From the NCBI GenBank assembly GCA_045125655.1, contig JBGVNP010000115.1:4797-68796 (forward strand): a stretch of 64,000 bases of DNA, read 5' to 3'. Positions 37,293-46,295 of this stretch are shown piece by piece. Below the pieces are notes generated by a model, which saw nothing but the letters and a program-made list of their open reading frames with translations, searched no databases and was not told the origin of the DNA. The stretch comes from Eubacteriales bacterium. GTDB lineage: Bacteria; Bacillota; Clostridia; Oscillospirales; CAG-272. Numbering within the stretch: position 1 is the stretch's first letter; each line of letters begins with the position of its first letter. A program made the position numbers and the translations under genes.

Positions 37293-37378
37293 TTAATACC
37301 TCCCTATAAAAATTATCTGTATAATAATTATATATCATATTATTTGCAAAATCAAGTATTTTTTAATAATATTTTAAC

Positions 37379-37410
37379 AAAAAAAATCCGAGATAATTCT
37401 CGGATTTTTT
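37379..37410 (-). terminator. intrinsic terminator after ymdB
   Basis: Minus strand AAAAUCCGAGA-AUUAUC-UCGGAUUUU followed by a U-run. It abuts the stop codon. Confidence 0.85.
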
Positions 37411-38182
37411 AGAATTTAATTCTTGTTATAGATTTGATTTTTGAAGTGTTCGGATCAATATCAAAAATAGCTCCGTGCACCTTGACTCCACCGTCTGCAA
37501 CCGTAAAGGTTTGAGGAGTCTGCATAATAAATCGATCAATAATCGCCTCGACCTTAGTACCGAGAATACTATTTTCAGGACCTGCCATACCGATATCTGT
37601 AATGTAAGCACTTCCCAAAGGCAATATGCATTCATCGGCAGTTTGAACGTGAGTGTGTGTGCCGAACATAATAGCTATTCTTCCGTCAAAATAACGAGCT
37701 ATAGCAAGCTTTTCACTTGTTGCCTCGGCATGAATATCAAGAATAGCAAAATCATAGTTCCCTTTTTCTCTCTCAAGTGCCGTGTCAATTACCTCAAACG
37801 GACTGTTAAGAGGAGTCATAAACATAGTGCCAAGGACATTCATTATAAGCACCTTATATCCGTCAATATTAACGATACTGTAGCCGCTACCGGGAGCGGA
37901 CGCGGGATAATTTGCGGGGCGGATTATTCTTGTTTCATTATCATCAAGAAAGGAGTAAATATCCCTCTTTCCAAAGGCATGATTTCCGAGAGTGATAAAA
38001 TCTACTCCTACATTGTAAAGCGACTCGGCATCTCTTTTTGAAAGCCCCTTTATCTCACTGGCATTTTCGCCGTTGGCAATTACAAAATCAACCTTATTTT
38101 CACTGATGAATTTTGATAAGTTCTTTGAGAGATAGTCTATAGCAATGCCGCCGACTATATCTCCAATTGCTAAAATTCTCAT
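37409..38182 (-). CDS. ymdB: TIGR00282/YmdB-family metallophosphoesterase
   Basis: MRILAIGDIVG, GNHAF and GTHTHVQTAD motifs. Confidence 0.9.
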   Translation of the reverse strand: MRILAIGDIVGGIAIDYLSKNLSKFISENKVDFVIANGENASEIKGLSKRDAESLYNVGVDFITLGNHAFGKRDIYSFLDDNETRIIRPANYPASAPGSGYSIVNIDGYKVLIMNVLGTMFMTPLNSPFEVIDTALEREKGNYDFAILDIHAEATSEKLAIARYFDGRIAIMFGTHTHVQTADECILPLGSAYITDIGMAGPENSILGTKVEAIIDRFIMQTPQTFTVADGGVKVHGAIFDIDPNTSKIKSITRIKF

Positions 38183-38227
38183 AAATATACTTTCTATTTG
38201 TATGAATTTTGTATTTTCGACATTCTT

Positions 38228-38256
38228 ATTATACTACAAAATCTAATAAAAGTCAA
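38228..38256 (-). promoter_or_regulatory. sigma-A-type promoter for ymdB
   Basis: Minus strand TTGACT (38256-51), 17 nt, TATAAT (38233-28). Confidence 0.6.
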
Positions 38257-38282
38257 TGCGTAAATAAAATTTCATTTTTCTA

Positions 38283-38310
38283 TTGATTTTTTATAAAATT
38301 GTGTTATAAT
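38283..38310 (+). promoter_or_regulatory. sigma-A-type promoter for tRNA-Ser
   Basis: TTGATT (38283-88), 16 nt with TGn, TATAAT (38305-10), 17 nt before the tRNA 5' end. Confidence 0.6.
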
Positions 38311-38327
38311 AGTAACGTTGAAAATAT

Positions 38328-38419
38328 GGAGAAGTACTCAAGTGGCCGAAGAGGCGTGACTCGAAATCTCGTAGGACGTTAACAGCGTCGCGTGGGTTCA
38401 AATCCCACCTTCTCCGCCA
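38328..38419 (+). tRNA. tRNA-Ser (anticodon CGA), long variable arm, CCA encoded
   Basis: Hand-folded. Acceptor GGAGAAG/CTTCTCC, anticodon loop CTCGAAA, variable arm TAGGACGTTAACAGCGTCGC, T-arm GTGGGTTCAAATCCCAC. Confidence 0.9.
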
Positions 38420-38452
38420 AAAAGAGCAACCGTTAGGTTGCTCCTTTTTATT
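38420..38452. terminator. bidirectional terminator (tRNA-Ser / MFS gene)
   Basis: gagcaacc-gtta-ggttgctc flanked by A5 and T5. Confidence 0.8.
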
Positions 38453-39611
38453 TTCTTTCGGAAATTTTAAAGGTTTTTTCGACCATAATTATCATAACTG
38501 CGATAAAGATAAGGATATAAATAGGAAACAGACAAAATCCTGTGATTTTTGCAATCACACCAAACAAGGGTGGAAAAAATGTTGAGCCCGTGTATGCGCT
38601 TGCCATTTGTATGCCGATAATTGCCCCAGAGTTCTCTGCACCAAAATTTGTAGGGGTAGAGTGTATTATGCAGGGATATATTGGAGCGCAACCAAGTCCG
38701 AGGACAACAAGACCTATATAGGACATAATAGGCATGGGCAAAAGAAGCATTGAAACGCCGACAATAGCAATCACAGTGCCAACAAAGATCATCTTTCTAT
38801 CACCGAACCTATCCATAATAAATCCTGCCAAGAATCTTCCCATGGTCATTCCTATAAAGAAACACGAAGCAAAAGCCGCAGCGGTTGGCTCATCTATATT
38901 TTTGGCTTCTACAAGATATGTACAAGACCATGCCATAGCAGTACCCTCTGCAGCGCAATAGCAAAAGAATCCAAGCAAAAGATTAGGAACGCCCTTTATT
39001 TTTAACGCTTCAAATATACCGACGGACTTAGGTTGAATTTGTGGTTCGTCTTTAACTTTATTTTTCTCATTAACCTTCCATACTGGCAAGGTCAACAGCA
39101 AAATTATGGTTATTCCAAACTGGATGAAGGAGATAATTCTGTATCCGTCATTCCAAGACAGATAAGTAAGCGAATAGCTCATTACAAACGGACTTATTAT
39201 TGTACCAACACCCCAAAAGCAATGCAACCAGCTCATATGCTTTGATGAGTAATGCATTGCTACGTAATTGTTGAGCGCCGCGTCAATAGCACCTGCTCCG
39301 AGTCCGTAAGGTATTGCAAAAATCACTATCGTTATGATATTTTTTGAGAATGAAAATCCGAGCAATGCAAGAGCAGTTAAGAAAACGCTAAACGTTGTTA
39401 CAGTTCTTGTGCCGAATTTTCTTGTCACCCTATCCGAAAGCAAGCTTGATACTATTGTTCCTCCCGATATCAGCATGGATATCAATCCCATTGACGATAA
39501 TGGCATACCAATATCCAAGTGCATGATGGGCCAGGATGAGCCAAGCAAGGAGTCCGGCAAGCCCAAACTAATAAATGCCAAATAAATAATAATTATAAGT
39601 AAAGTGTACAT
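38448..39611 (-). CDS. MFS transporter
   Basis: About 12 TM segments and an MFS loop motif (LSDRVTRKFGTR). Confidence 0.85.
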   Translation of the reverse strand: MYTLLIIIIYLAFISLGLPDSLLGSSWPIMHLDIGMPLSSMGLISMLISGGTIVSSLLSDRVTRKFGTRTVTTFSVFLTALALLGFSFSKNIITIVIFAIPYGLGAGAIDAALNNYVAMHYSSKHMSWLHCFWGVGTIISPFVMSYSLTYLSWNDGYRIISFIQFGITIILLLTLPVWKVNEKNKVKDEPQIQPKSVGIFEALKIKGVPNLLLGFFCYCAAEGTAMAWSCTYLVEAKNIDEPTAAAFASCFFIGMTMGRFLAGFIMDRFGDRKMIFVGTVIAIVGVSMLLLPMPIMSYIGLVVLGLGCAPIYPCIIHSTPTNFGAENSGAIIGIQMASAYTGSTFFPPLFGVIAKITGFCLFPIYILIFIAVMIIMVEKTFKISERK

Positions 39612-39625
39612 GGTTCTCCATTTTT

Positions 39626-39655
39626 AAAGCACATCTACCAAAGAAGATGTGCTTT
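39626..39655 (-). other. stem-loop between the kinase-like gene and the MFS gene
   Basis: aaagcacatct...agatgtgcttt, an 11-bp stem ending 5 nt before the GGAGAA RBS of the MFS gene. There is no canonical U-tract on either strand. Confidence 0.5.
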
Positions 39656-39665
39656 AAATTTATAT

Positions 39666-40268
39666 TCAAAATATTTTTGCGATAACGGGAACGATATCTT
39701 TGATCACAACATCCGTGGTATTGATACAGAGATCGTAATTACTCTTATCACTCCACTCATTGCCCGTATAGTAATTATAGTATTTAGCGCGGTCTTTATC
39801 AACCTTCAATATTTGCTTCTTCATCTCTTTTTCCGTGAGATGCTTTTGAGAATCTGTATTTCTATCGAAACAACGCTTCATTCTGCTTTCAATATCCGCA
39901 TAAACAAAAATTCTGAAGGGCTTTAAATCTTTAAGAATAAAGTCTGCACAACGTCCAACTATTACGCAGTTGGATTTTTGAGCAAGCTCCCTTATGATCT
40001 CACTTTGAGCAAGATAGATAGATTGCTCCTGCTGAATATAGAAGTTATCTGCAATAAACATACTTTGAGCTATAGTTATGGGATAAAGAGTATGGGACTT
40101 TCCTTCAAGCACCTCTTGCACGTATTCTTGAGACATAGAGGTCTTTTTAGCAATAGCGGATATTATTTCCTTATCATAGTATTCAAAACCAAGCTCTTCA
40201 GCAAGTCTTCTTCCAAGCTCTCTTCCTCCGCTTCCGAATTCACGTCCAATCGTTATAATAGTATTCAT
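39666..40268 (-). CDS. cytidylate kinase-like family protein (P-loop), function unknown
   Basis: Starts MNTIITIGREFGSGGRELGRRLAEELG. The ATG at 40268 follows GGAGG; the track start at 40283 overlaps that RBS. Confidence 0.75.
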   Translation of the reverse strand: MNTIITIGREFGSGGRELGRRLAEELGFEYYDKEIISAIAKKTSMSQEYVQEVLEGKSHTLYPITIAQSMFIADNFYIQQEQSIYLAQSEIIRELAQKSNCVIVGRCADFILKDLKPFRIFVYADIESRMKRCFDRNTDSQKHLTEKEMKKQILKVDKDRAKYYNYYTGNEWSDKSNYDLCINTTDVVIKDIVPVIAKIF

Positions 40269-40302
40269 AAAGCCAACCTCCATACCTATTATTTATATTA
40301 GT

Positions 40303-40330
40303 ATTATATCACAAAAATTTGATTTGTCAA
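40303..40330 (-). promoter_or_regulatory. sigma-A-type promoter for the kinase-like gene
   Basis: Minus strand TTGACA (40330-25), 16 nt with TGn, TATAAT (40308-03). Confidence 0.6.
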
Positions 40331-40331
40331 T

Positions 40332-40362
40332 AAAAAAGGCTCAACCTTTGAGATTGAGCCTT
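40332..40362 (-). terminator. intrinsic terminator after the 135-aa P-loop gene
   Basis: Minus strand AAGGCUCAA...UUGAGCCUU followed by U6. Confidence 0.8.
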
Positions 40363-40370
40363 GAATCAAA

Positions 40371-40778
40371 TTAGCAGAATTTTTTCATTACGTCCGTTGT
40401 TTCTTCAACAGGCAATGAAGAAGTGATAAGAACGTTTACCTCATTCTTGTGTGCAAGAGCTTCAATCTCAAGCAAAAACTTCTCAAATGCAGGAATATCC
40501 TCGTTGCAAATTTTCAAGCAAGAGTCGATAAAGATATCGGTAACGTCATAGTTACTTGCCAAAATACCAGCTACGAATCCAAAGAGAGACTGAGCATCTG
40601 CAACCAAATACTCAACGGTATCTATAAGTCTAACCTGGCTGTTAATGTCATAACGCAACTTATTACCCTTTTCTATGCAAACAACACAACCCTTTGTTTC
40701 GTTCTGTGCTTTGTTAACCATTTCAATAAGAGTTTTAGTTTTGCCTGTGCCCTTAACGCCAATTATCAATTTCACCAT
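40371..40778 (-). CDS. minimal P-loop NTPase (135 aa), function unknown
   Basis: Walker A GVKGTGKT and a Walker B-like TDIFIDS. No other recognisable domain. Confidence 0.6.
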   Translation of the reverse strand: MVKLIIGVKGTGKTKTLIEMVNKAQNETKGCVVCIEKGNKLRYDINSQVRLIDTVEYLVADAQSLFGFVAGILASNYDVTDIFIDSCLKICNEDIPAFEKFLLEIEALAHKNEVNVLITSSLPVEETTDVMKKFC

Positions 40779-40832
40779 AATAAAATTACCTCCAAGAGTG
40801 ATCCAGAAGCTTTTAGCTTCTTCTATGTATCA

Positions 40833-40861
40833 ATTATACACTATGTATTTATAAATTGCAA
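40833..40861 (-). promoter_or_regulatory. sigma-A-type promoter for the P-loop gene
   Basis: Minus strand TTGCAA (40861-56), 17 nt, TATAAT (40838-33). Confidence 0.55.
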
Positions 40862-40896
40862 GTATTTTTTTATAAAAAATATTAAAAATTAGCTTA

Positions 40897-42234
40897 TTAT
40901 ACATTTCTTTCTTCAAGCTTTTTTCTCAATTCCTCGTAACCGGGCTTGCCAAGCATTGCAAACATATTATTTTTGTATTCTTCAACGCCGGGCTGGTCAA
41001 AAGGATTTACACCAAGGAGGTATCCTGACATTGCACAAGCAAGCTCAAAGAAATAGATAAGATATCCCAGACAGTATGCATTTCTCTCTTCAATTTCAAT
41101 GTGAACATTGGGAACATCACCGTCTATATGAGCAAGCTGAGTAGCACGCATAGCTGTCTGCTTAAGCTCATTTATATCTCTTCCTGCAAGGAAGTTAAGA
41201 CCGTCAATGTTTTCTTCGTCATAAGGAATTGTGAACGAGCTCTTTGTATCATTAACAGAAAGAACAGTTTCAAAAAGCATTTTCTCGCCCTGCTGAATAT
41301 ACTGACCAAGTGAATGAAGGTCGGTTGAGAAGATGAGGGATGATGGGAATATTCCCTTGCCGTCCTTACCTTCGCTCTCACCGTAAAGTTGCTTCCACCA
41401 CTCCTGAAGAGTTGTTGTGAAAGGCTCATATCCTACAAGAATCTCAAGGTGTTTACCCTTGCGATAAAGAATGTTTCTTATAGCTGCATATTTATATGCA
41501 TCATTCTGATAAAGATCGGGGTTTGAATATGCTACTCTCGCAGCATTTGCACCCTCCATAAGAGAATCTATATCCACCCCTGCCACTGCAACGGGAAGAA
41601 GTCCAACTGCCGTCAAAACGGAAAATCTACCGCCGATATCATCGGGAATAACAAATGTCTCATATCCCTGCTTAGTTGCAAAGGATTTAAGAGTACCGCG
41701 CTCACGGTCGGTAGTAACGTAAATTCTCTTTCTTGCTTCTTCAACGCCGTATTTCTTTTCAAGGAATGCTTTGAGTATTCTGAAGGCAACCGCAGGCTCT
41801 GTGGTTGTGCCGGACTTTGAAATAACGTTGATGCAAACGTTTTTATGCTCACAAATCGAGAGAAGCTCATTAAGATAAGCTGCGCTGATATTGCAACCCG
41901 CATAATAAATTGAGGGGGTGTTTGCCTTAGCTTCGCTATAGTTTATAGCACTAAGGAATTCGATAATAGCTTTAGTACCAAGATATGAACCGCCAATACC
42001 AATTACAATAAAAGCGTCACAATCATTCTGAATTTTTTTAGCTGCTGCCTTGATTCTTGCAAATTCTTCCTTATCATAGTTTTCGGGAAGATCCATCCAA
42101 CCAAGGAATTTATTTCCTGCTCCTGTTTTTTCTCTAAGCATTTTATCGGCAAGAGATACCATGGGAACCATGCAATCGTATTCGTGTTTTGCAATAAATT
42201 TCTTTAAATATTTATCATTTAATCTAAGTGTCAT
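40897..42234 (-). CDS. pgi: glucose-6-phosphate isomerase
   Basis: Firmicute-type ~445-aa PGI: [17 protein letters not shown] and [14 protein letters not shown] at 42234 preferred over the TTG at 42252. Confidence 0.95.
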   Translation of the reverse strand: MTLRLNDKYLKKFIAKHEYDCMVPMVSLADKMLREKTGAGNKFLGWMDLPENYDKEEFARIKAAAKKIQNDCDAFIVIGIGGSYLGTKAIIEFLSAINYSEAKANTPSIYYAGCNISAAYLNELLSICEHKNVCINVISKSGTTTEPAVAFRILKAFLEKKYGVEEARKRIYVTTDRERGTLKSFATKQGYETFVIPDDIGGRFSVLTAVGLLPVAVAGVDIDSLMEGANAARVAYSNPDLYQNDAYKYAAIRNILYRKGKHLEILVGYEPFTTTLQEWWKQLYGESEGKDGKGIFPSSLIFSTDLHSLGQYIQQGEKMLFETVLSVNDTKSSFTIPYDEENIDGLNFLAGRDINELKQTAMRATQLAHIDGDVPNVHIEIEERNAYCLGYLIYFFELACAMSGYLLGVNPFDQPGVEEYKNNMFAMLGKPGYEELRKKLEERNV

Positions 42235-42307
42235 ATGCGTTTTTCCTTCCAATTCAAACTAAATGATATTTTACTACTTTTTAAAGAAAAAAGCAAGTAT
42301 TATTTTA

Positions 42308-43477
42308 CTATTTTATTAGAAATTTTGACAAAATTCTTATAAAAAGCTCAACAAATTCTATTTTGGGGATATTCATCTCCGAAATAATAGCGGATTTACC
42401 TATAATTTTATCATTTAAGCGGTACTCAAGGCAACCAATTTCTTCTCCGATATTAATCGGTGCAGTAATAACACTCGGTAAATTTACACTCTCTTTTATA
42501 TTTTTAGCATCTCCTTTTTTGACAACGCAGGAGAAACCATCGGACTTGATTCTGCAATAATTTTCAACTCCTGAGGTTATCTTTATAGGAGTTAATTCTT
42601 TTGAGGGTGATTCATATAATTCAAAATTGGCAAATCCCCAATTCAAGAGATTGGATGCGATTGAATTTCTAACGTCGCTACTTGGAGCCCCCATAACCAC
42701 GCATATTAGATGCATATTATCTCTTTTTGCAGTCGCGCTCACACAGAACTTAGCTTTTGCTGTCGAGCCCGTTTTAAGGCCTGTAGCACCCTTATAAAAA
42801 CGAATAAGTCTATTGGTATTGGTTAAGCCAAATTCTCCGTTTCTTATCGTATCCATCCATATGGAGCTATACTGTAATATTTTCTCGTGTTTTATTAATT
42901 CTCGGGACATTATTGCAATATCCTTGGCGCTTGTAAGATGACTCACGGTTGTATCATCAAGTCCGTTGGTGTTCTCAAAATGTGTATTCGCCATGCCAAG
43001 CTCACGTGCTTTATCATTCATTTTTTGAACAAACAATTCTTCTGATCCGCACACATGCTCTGCAAGTGCTACGGCGGCATCATTAGCTGAAGCAATGACC
43101 ACACTTTTTATAAGGTCCTCTGCGCTCATTTGCTCGCCTTCCTTGAGGTATATCTGCGAACCTCCCATAGAAGCTGCATATGCACTTGCAGTTATTGTAT
43201 CACTGTATTTTAAATTCCCACGTTCTATCTCCTCCATTACCAAAAGCAGAGTCATTATTTTGGTGACTGATGCCGGTGGTAATGCTTGATCTCCATTATA
43301 TTCATAAAGTATTTTTCCTGTACTTGCCTCCATCAAAACGGCGCTTTTACAGTCTAATTTCATATCGTTATTTTCTTCCTTAGCTACTGCGGATATATTA
43401 ACGCAAAATATCGCAATAAGTACTATCAAAAAAACTGATAAAACCCGTTTAAAAATAAAAAAAGCCATATATTTCAC
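42308..43477 (-). CDS. D-alanyl-D-alanine carboxypeptidase (S11 low-MW PBP)
   Basis: Signal/TM segment, SVTK (SxxK), SAND (SxN) and KTGST (KTG). Confidence 0.9.
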   Translation of the reverse strand: MKYMAFFIFKRVLSVFLIVLIAIFCVNISAVAKEENNDMKLDCKSAVLMEASTGKILYEYNGDQALPPASVTKIMTLLLVMEEIERGNLKYSDTITASAYAASMGGSQIYLKEGEQMSAEDLIKSVVIASANDAAVALAEHVCGSEELFVQKMNDKARELGMANTHFENTNGLDDTTVSHLTSAKDIAIMSRELIKHEKILQYSSIWMDTIRNGEFGLTNTNRLIRFYKGATGLKTGSTAKAKFCVSATAKRDNMHLICVVMGAPSSDVRNSIASNLLNWGFANFELYESPSKELTPIKITSGVENYCRIKSDGFSCVVKKGDAKNIKESVNLPSVITAPINIGEEIGCLEYRLNDKIIGKSAIISEMNIPKIEFVELFIRILSKFLIK

Positions 43478-43524
43478 TCCATTTCTTTTTAGTGAATTAT
43501 ATGGCTTTATCTATTATATTATTA

Positions 43525-44421
43525 CTATTCTCCGTCTTTTAATATGCCCTCAATCACAAGGGCTCCGTCAGCAACAGCAGTGATGATCTGGTAAACCTCA
43601 CGCTCTCTTATATCCCCAACGGCATACAATGATGGGATATTTGTTCTGCAATAATTATCTGTAATAATTTGACCTTGCTTTGTGGTATTAAGCCCCTCAA
43701 TATCAAATTTCATATTGGCAACTTCACCGATTGCACCGAAAATACCGTCGCACAAAACAGTTTGCTGCTCTCCGTTAAGCATCAAATCAACACCAGTTAC
43801 AAATGAATCTCCAATTATCTTATTAACTGTTGCATTTAGTAAAAATTCTATATTATTCTTTGAATAAGCTCTTTCAACGAGATAATTAGCCGCCCTAAAG
43901 GAATCGCGTCGATGGATCAAATATACCTTTTTAGCAAAAGCTGAGAGATATATTGCCTGACTGAGTGCACTGTCACCGCCGCCCACTACACACACGGTCT
44001 TATCTTTGAAGAAAAATCCATCGCATGTCGCGCAATAAGAAACTCCTGCTCCTGCCAATCTTTCCTCACCGTCAACACCGAGATGCTTATGAGAGCGTCC
44101 CATAGCGAGGATAAGATATTTGGATTCATATTCTTCTTTTCTTGTTCTAACCTTAAATCCAATATCCGTCTTTTCGACCTCGATAACCGCTTTTTTTACC
44201 ACGGGTATTTCGTTGTTTTGAACATGTTCCTTAAACTTTTCGTGAAGATCAATGCCACTGATTGAAGAAAAGCCAAGATAATTCTCTACCTCAACCGCTT
44301 TGGTTATTTGACATTCGCTTGCGCCCTTGTCAATGATCATAACAGAAAAGCCCGCTCTTTTAGCGTATATTGCAGAGGAAAGCCCTGCAGGGCCTCCACC
44401 TATGATAATTATATCCGTCAT
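43525..44421 (-). CDS. trxB: thioredoxin-disulfide reductase-like flavoprotein
   Basis: GGGPAGLSSA FAD motif, redox CATCDG, and GGGDSA NADPH motif. Confidence 0.85.
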   Translation of the reverse strand: MTDIIIIGGGPAGLSSAIYAKRAGFSVMIIDKGASECQITKAVEVENYLGFSSISGIDLHEKFKEHVQNNEIPVVKKAVIEVEKTDIGFKVRTRKEEYESKYLILAMGRSHKHLGVDGEERLAGAGVSYCATCDGFFFKDKTVCVVGGGDSALSQAIYLSAFAKKVYLIHRRDSFRAANYLVERAYSKNNIEFLLNATVNKIIGDSFVTGVDLMLNGEQQTVLCDGIFGAIGEVANMKFDIEGLNTTKQGQIITDNYCRTNIPSLYAVGDIREREVYQIITAVADGALVIEGILKDGE

Positions 44422-44445
44422 AAATTCTCCTTTACTTTAGAGTGC

Positions 44446-44745
44446 TTAATCAATATAGTAGATTATCTCATCAGGATAACAGTATCCAAGCAGACGAGCC
44501 ATTCTTTCTCTATATTCATCGTCTATTTCGGCTTTGATATAGTACTCCAATTCATCAACTTGAACCTTTTTATTTTCAACAATGGAGCGAAGATAATCAT
44601 TTTGCTCTTTAATTGCTATATATTCCATCAAGTTATTTGCTGAAATAATCAATGCTACCAGAAAGATAAGCACAACAAAAACACCTAACAAATAGGAAGG
44701 AAGTCTTTTGATTTTTTTATTGTCTATTTTTTTGAACAAATCCAT
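44446..44745 (-). CDS. septum formation initiator family protein (FtsB/DivIC)
   Basis: One TM plus a coiled-coil. Positioned after yabQ as in the B. subtilis yabP-yabQ-divIC arrangement. Confidence 0.7.
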   Translation of the reverse strand: MDLFKKIDNKKIKRLPSYLLGVFVVLIFLVALIISANNLMEYIAIKEQNDYLRSIVENKKVQVDELEYYIKAEIDDEYRERMARLLGYCYPDEIIYYID

Positions 44746-44766
44746 TCTAAGACTCCTTTCTAAAAC

Positions 44767-45186
44767 TCAAATATCTTCCTTTTTATTATACCTCTTTTTC
44801 ATTGATTTTTCAATACTATATGCAAAAAATTTATATATTTTTATACATATATCGATCATAAATTTTATTAAAATTTTTAAAGGTTTAAGCAGGATCTTTG
44901 CAACAAATCCAATCAACTTATCAAATACTTTTTTATACAAAATCATTCCAATTATCAATGAGAATAAATAATACCACCTGAATGCACCGTCGCTAAAAAA
45001 GTATAGGATCAGTATAAAAAGTAAGGTATATATAAAAACAGATAATACGTCCAATAAAAAGACTATCGGCACACTGATTTTATTGTTTGTCAGTTCATCT
45101 ATCAAATGCCAAAGGAATCCCAATACAGTTGAAATCACCAATGAAAACAGTACAGTGTTCGCAATGTTTTGAAAAATCCCTTCCAT
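44767..45186 (-). CDS. yabQ: spore cortex biosynthesis protein YabQ
   Basis: Polytopic protein with a DGAFRWYYLFSLIIGMILY motif. The ATG at 45186 is 1 nt after the yabP stop. Confidence 0.75.
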   Translation of the reverse strand: MEGIFQNIANTVLFSLVISTVLGFLWHLIDELTNNKISVPIVFLLDVLSVFIYTLLFILILYFFSDGAFRWYYLFSLIIGMILYKKVFDKLIGFVAKILLKPLKILIKFMIDICIKIYKFFAYSIEKSMKKRYNKKEDI

Positions 45187-45187
45187 A

Positions 45188-45475
45188 TCATTTAAATATC
45201 CTTGAAAGCAACGAGTGCTTTTCACTTTCGTGCACGTCAGCGTATGATATCAATGAGATTTTTCCAACGACCTGAGCTTCACCAGTATCAACATTCAAAG
45301 CATTGATATGCAAACCAACTCCCCCGATCGTTAAATCACCACACACTGTTTTTATATTGATTTCTTCTTCGTCAAAATTTATTATCTCCTTTATGCCGTT
45401 GATACTTAATTTTTCCCTTGATTGTAGCACTATATCGTGCTTTGCTTTTGCTATAGCATCCTTATTATCCAACAT
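45188..45475 (-). CDS. yabP: sporulation protein YabP
   Basis: HDIVLQSREKLSINGIKEIINFDEEEI...LTIGGVGLHINALNVDTGEAQVVGKI matches the YabP pattern. Confidence 0.85.
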   Translation of the reverse strand: MLDNKDAIAKAKHDIVLQSREKLSINGIKEIINFDEEEINIKTVCGDLTIGGVGLHINALNVDTGEAQVVGKISLISYADVHESEKHSLLSRIFK

Positions 45476-45523
45476 AAAAAAACACCTCCAACAGTTTAAT
45501 AATAAAAAGTATGTTGGGGGTGT
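45476..45523 (-). terminator. intrinsic terminator after the S4 gene; its 3' arm contains the yabP RBS
   Basis: Minus strand ACACCCCCAACA - 18-nt loop - UGUUGGAGGUGU (11 of 12 bp), then U7, then the yabP AUG. Confidence 0.7.
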
Positions 45524-45535
45524 TTATTTTATGAT

Positions 45536-45778
45536 TTAGGTAATGACCTTGTAGAGTGCGCTAGCATCTTCTTTAAGAACGTGCTCCTTAACGTCTAAAA
45601 CGCAAATTTTAAGAGTTCTGTTGCCAAAGGTTATTTCGATAATATCATTTTCCTTAACGTCATAGGATGCCTTGGCGGGTCTTCCGTTAACCGTAACATG
45701 TGCATTATCACAAGCGTCATTTGCGACTGTTCTTCTTTTGATTATTCTGGATACCTTTAAAAATTTATCTAATCTCAT
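45536..45778 (-). CDS. S4-domain RNA-binding protein (YabO/Hsp15-like)
   Basis: MRLDKFLKVSRIIKRR S4 motif, 80 aa. Confidence 0.85.
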   Translation of the reverse strand: MRLDKFLKVSRIIKRRTVANDACDNAHVTVNGRPAKASYDVKENDIIEITFGNRTLKICVLDVKEHVLKEDASALYKVIT

Positions 45779-45789
45779 ACATTCTCCAA

Positions 45790-45816
45790 ATAAATATGGG
45801 CGGCAAAACCGCCCAT
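45790..45816 (-). terminator. intrinsic terminator after hup
   Basis: atgggcgg-caaaa-ccgcccat. On the minus strand it is followed by AUAUUUAUUU. Confidence 0.7.
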
Positions 45817-45829
45817 AATTATAATAAAA

Positions 45830-46102
45830 TTAGTTTACTGCGTCCTTAAATGCCTTGCCGGCTGTAAATGTAGGATGCTTGGAAGCAGGAATAACGATCT
45901 CCTCGCCTGTCTTGGGATTTCTGCCCTTTCTTTCGCCACGTCCCTTAACCTCGAATGTACCGAAGCCAACGAGCTGAACCTTTTCACCATTCTTAAGAGC
46001 TGCTACGATAGAATCTGTAACTGCCTTAACTGCGATCTCCGCATCCTTCTTTGTAAGCTTGCCAGCAGCTGCAACTGCTTCAACCAACTGAACCTTGTTC
46101 AT
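45830..46102 (-). CDS. hup: HU family DNA-binding protein
   Basis: [11 protein letters not shown]...[24 protein letters not shown], 90 aa. Confidence 0.97.
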   Translation of the reverse strand: MNKVQLVEAVAAAGKLTKKDAEIAVKAVTDSIVAALKNGEKVQLVGFGTFEVKGRGERKGRNPKTGEEIVIPASKHPTFTAGKAFKDAVN

Positions 46103-46165
46103 AAATAAAATCCTAACCTTTCATAATTTACGTGATTAAATATCACTTCGCTAATATAATATCAC

Positions 46166-46191
46166 AAAACCCTTGATTTTGCAAGGGTTTT
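46166..46191 (-). terminator. second hairpin in the mazG-hup spacer
   Basis: aaaacccttg-attttg-caagggtttt. The T-run lies on the plus side and UUUUGUG on the minus side. Confidence 0.45.
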
Positions 46192-46249
46192 TTACAATTT
46201 TTTCATATTTTTTTATGTAAATTTAACATAAAAAACAAGCCTTTGTTGT

Positions 46250-46286
46250 TAATATACAAACAATATGAACAATTTTTGTTCATATT
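46250..46286 (-). terminator. hairpin/terminator directly after mazG
   Basis: 11-bp perfect stem aatatgaacaa-ttt-ttgttcatatt (46262-46286). On the minus strand it is followed by GUUUGUAUAUU. Confidence 0.5.
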
Positions 46287-46295
46287 ATACCAAGA

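Noticed and set aside
38328-40778. Possible genomic island downstream of tRNA-Ser (MFS gene plus two orphan P-loop genes), and likewise near tRNA-Thr (10733-10808).
   Set aside because: No integrase or recombinase is present. I could not find a direct repeat of the tRNA 3' end. There is no obvious compositional break, and the flanking genes are ordinary housekeeping genes.
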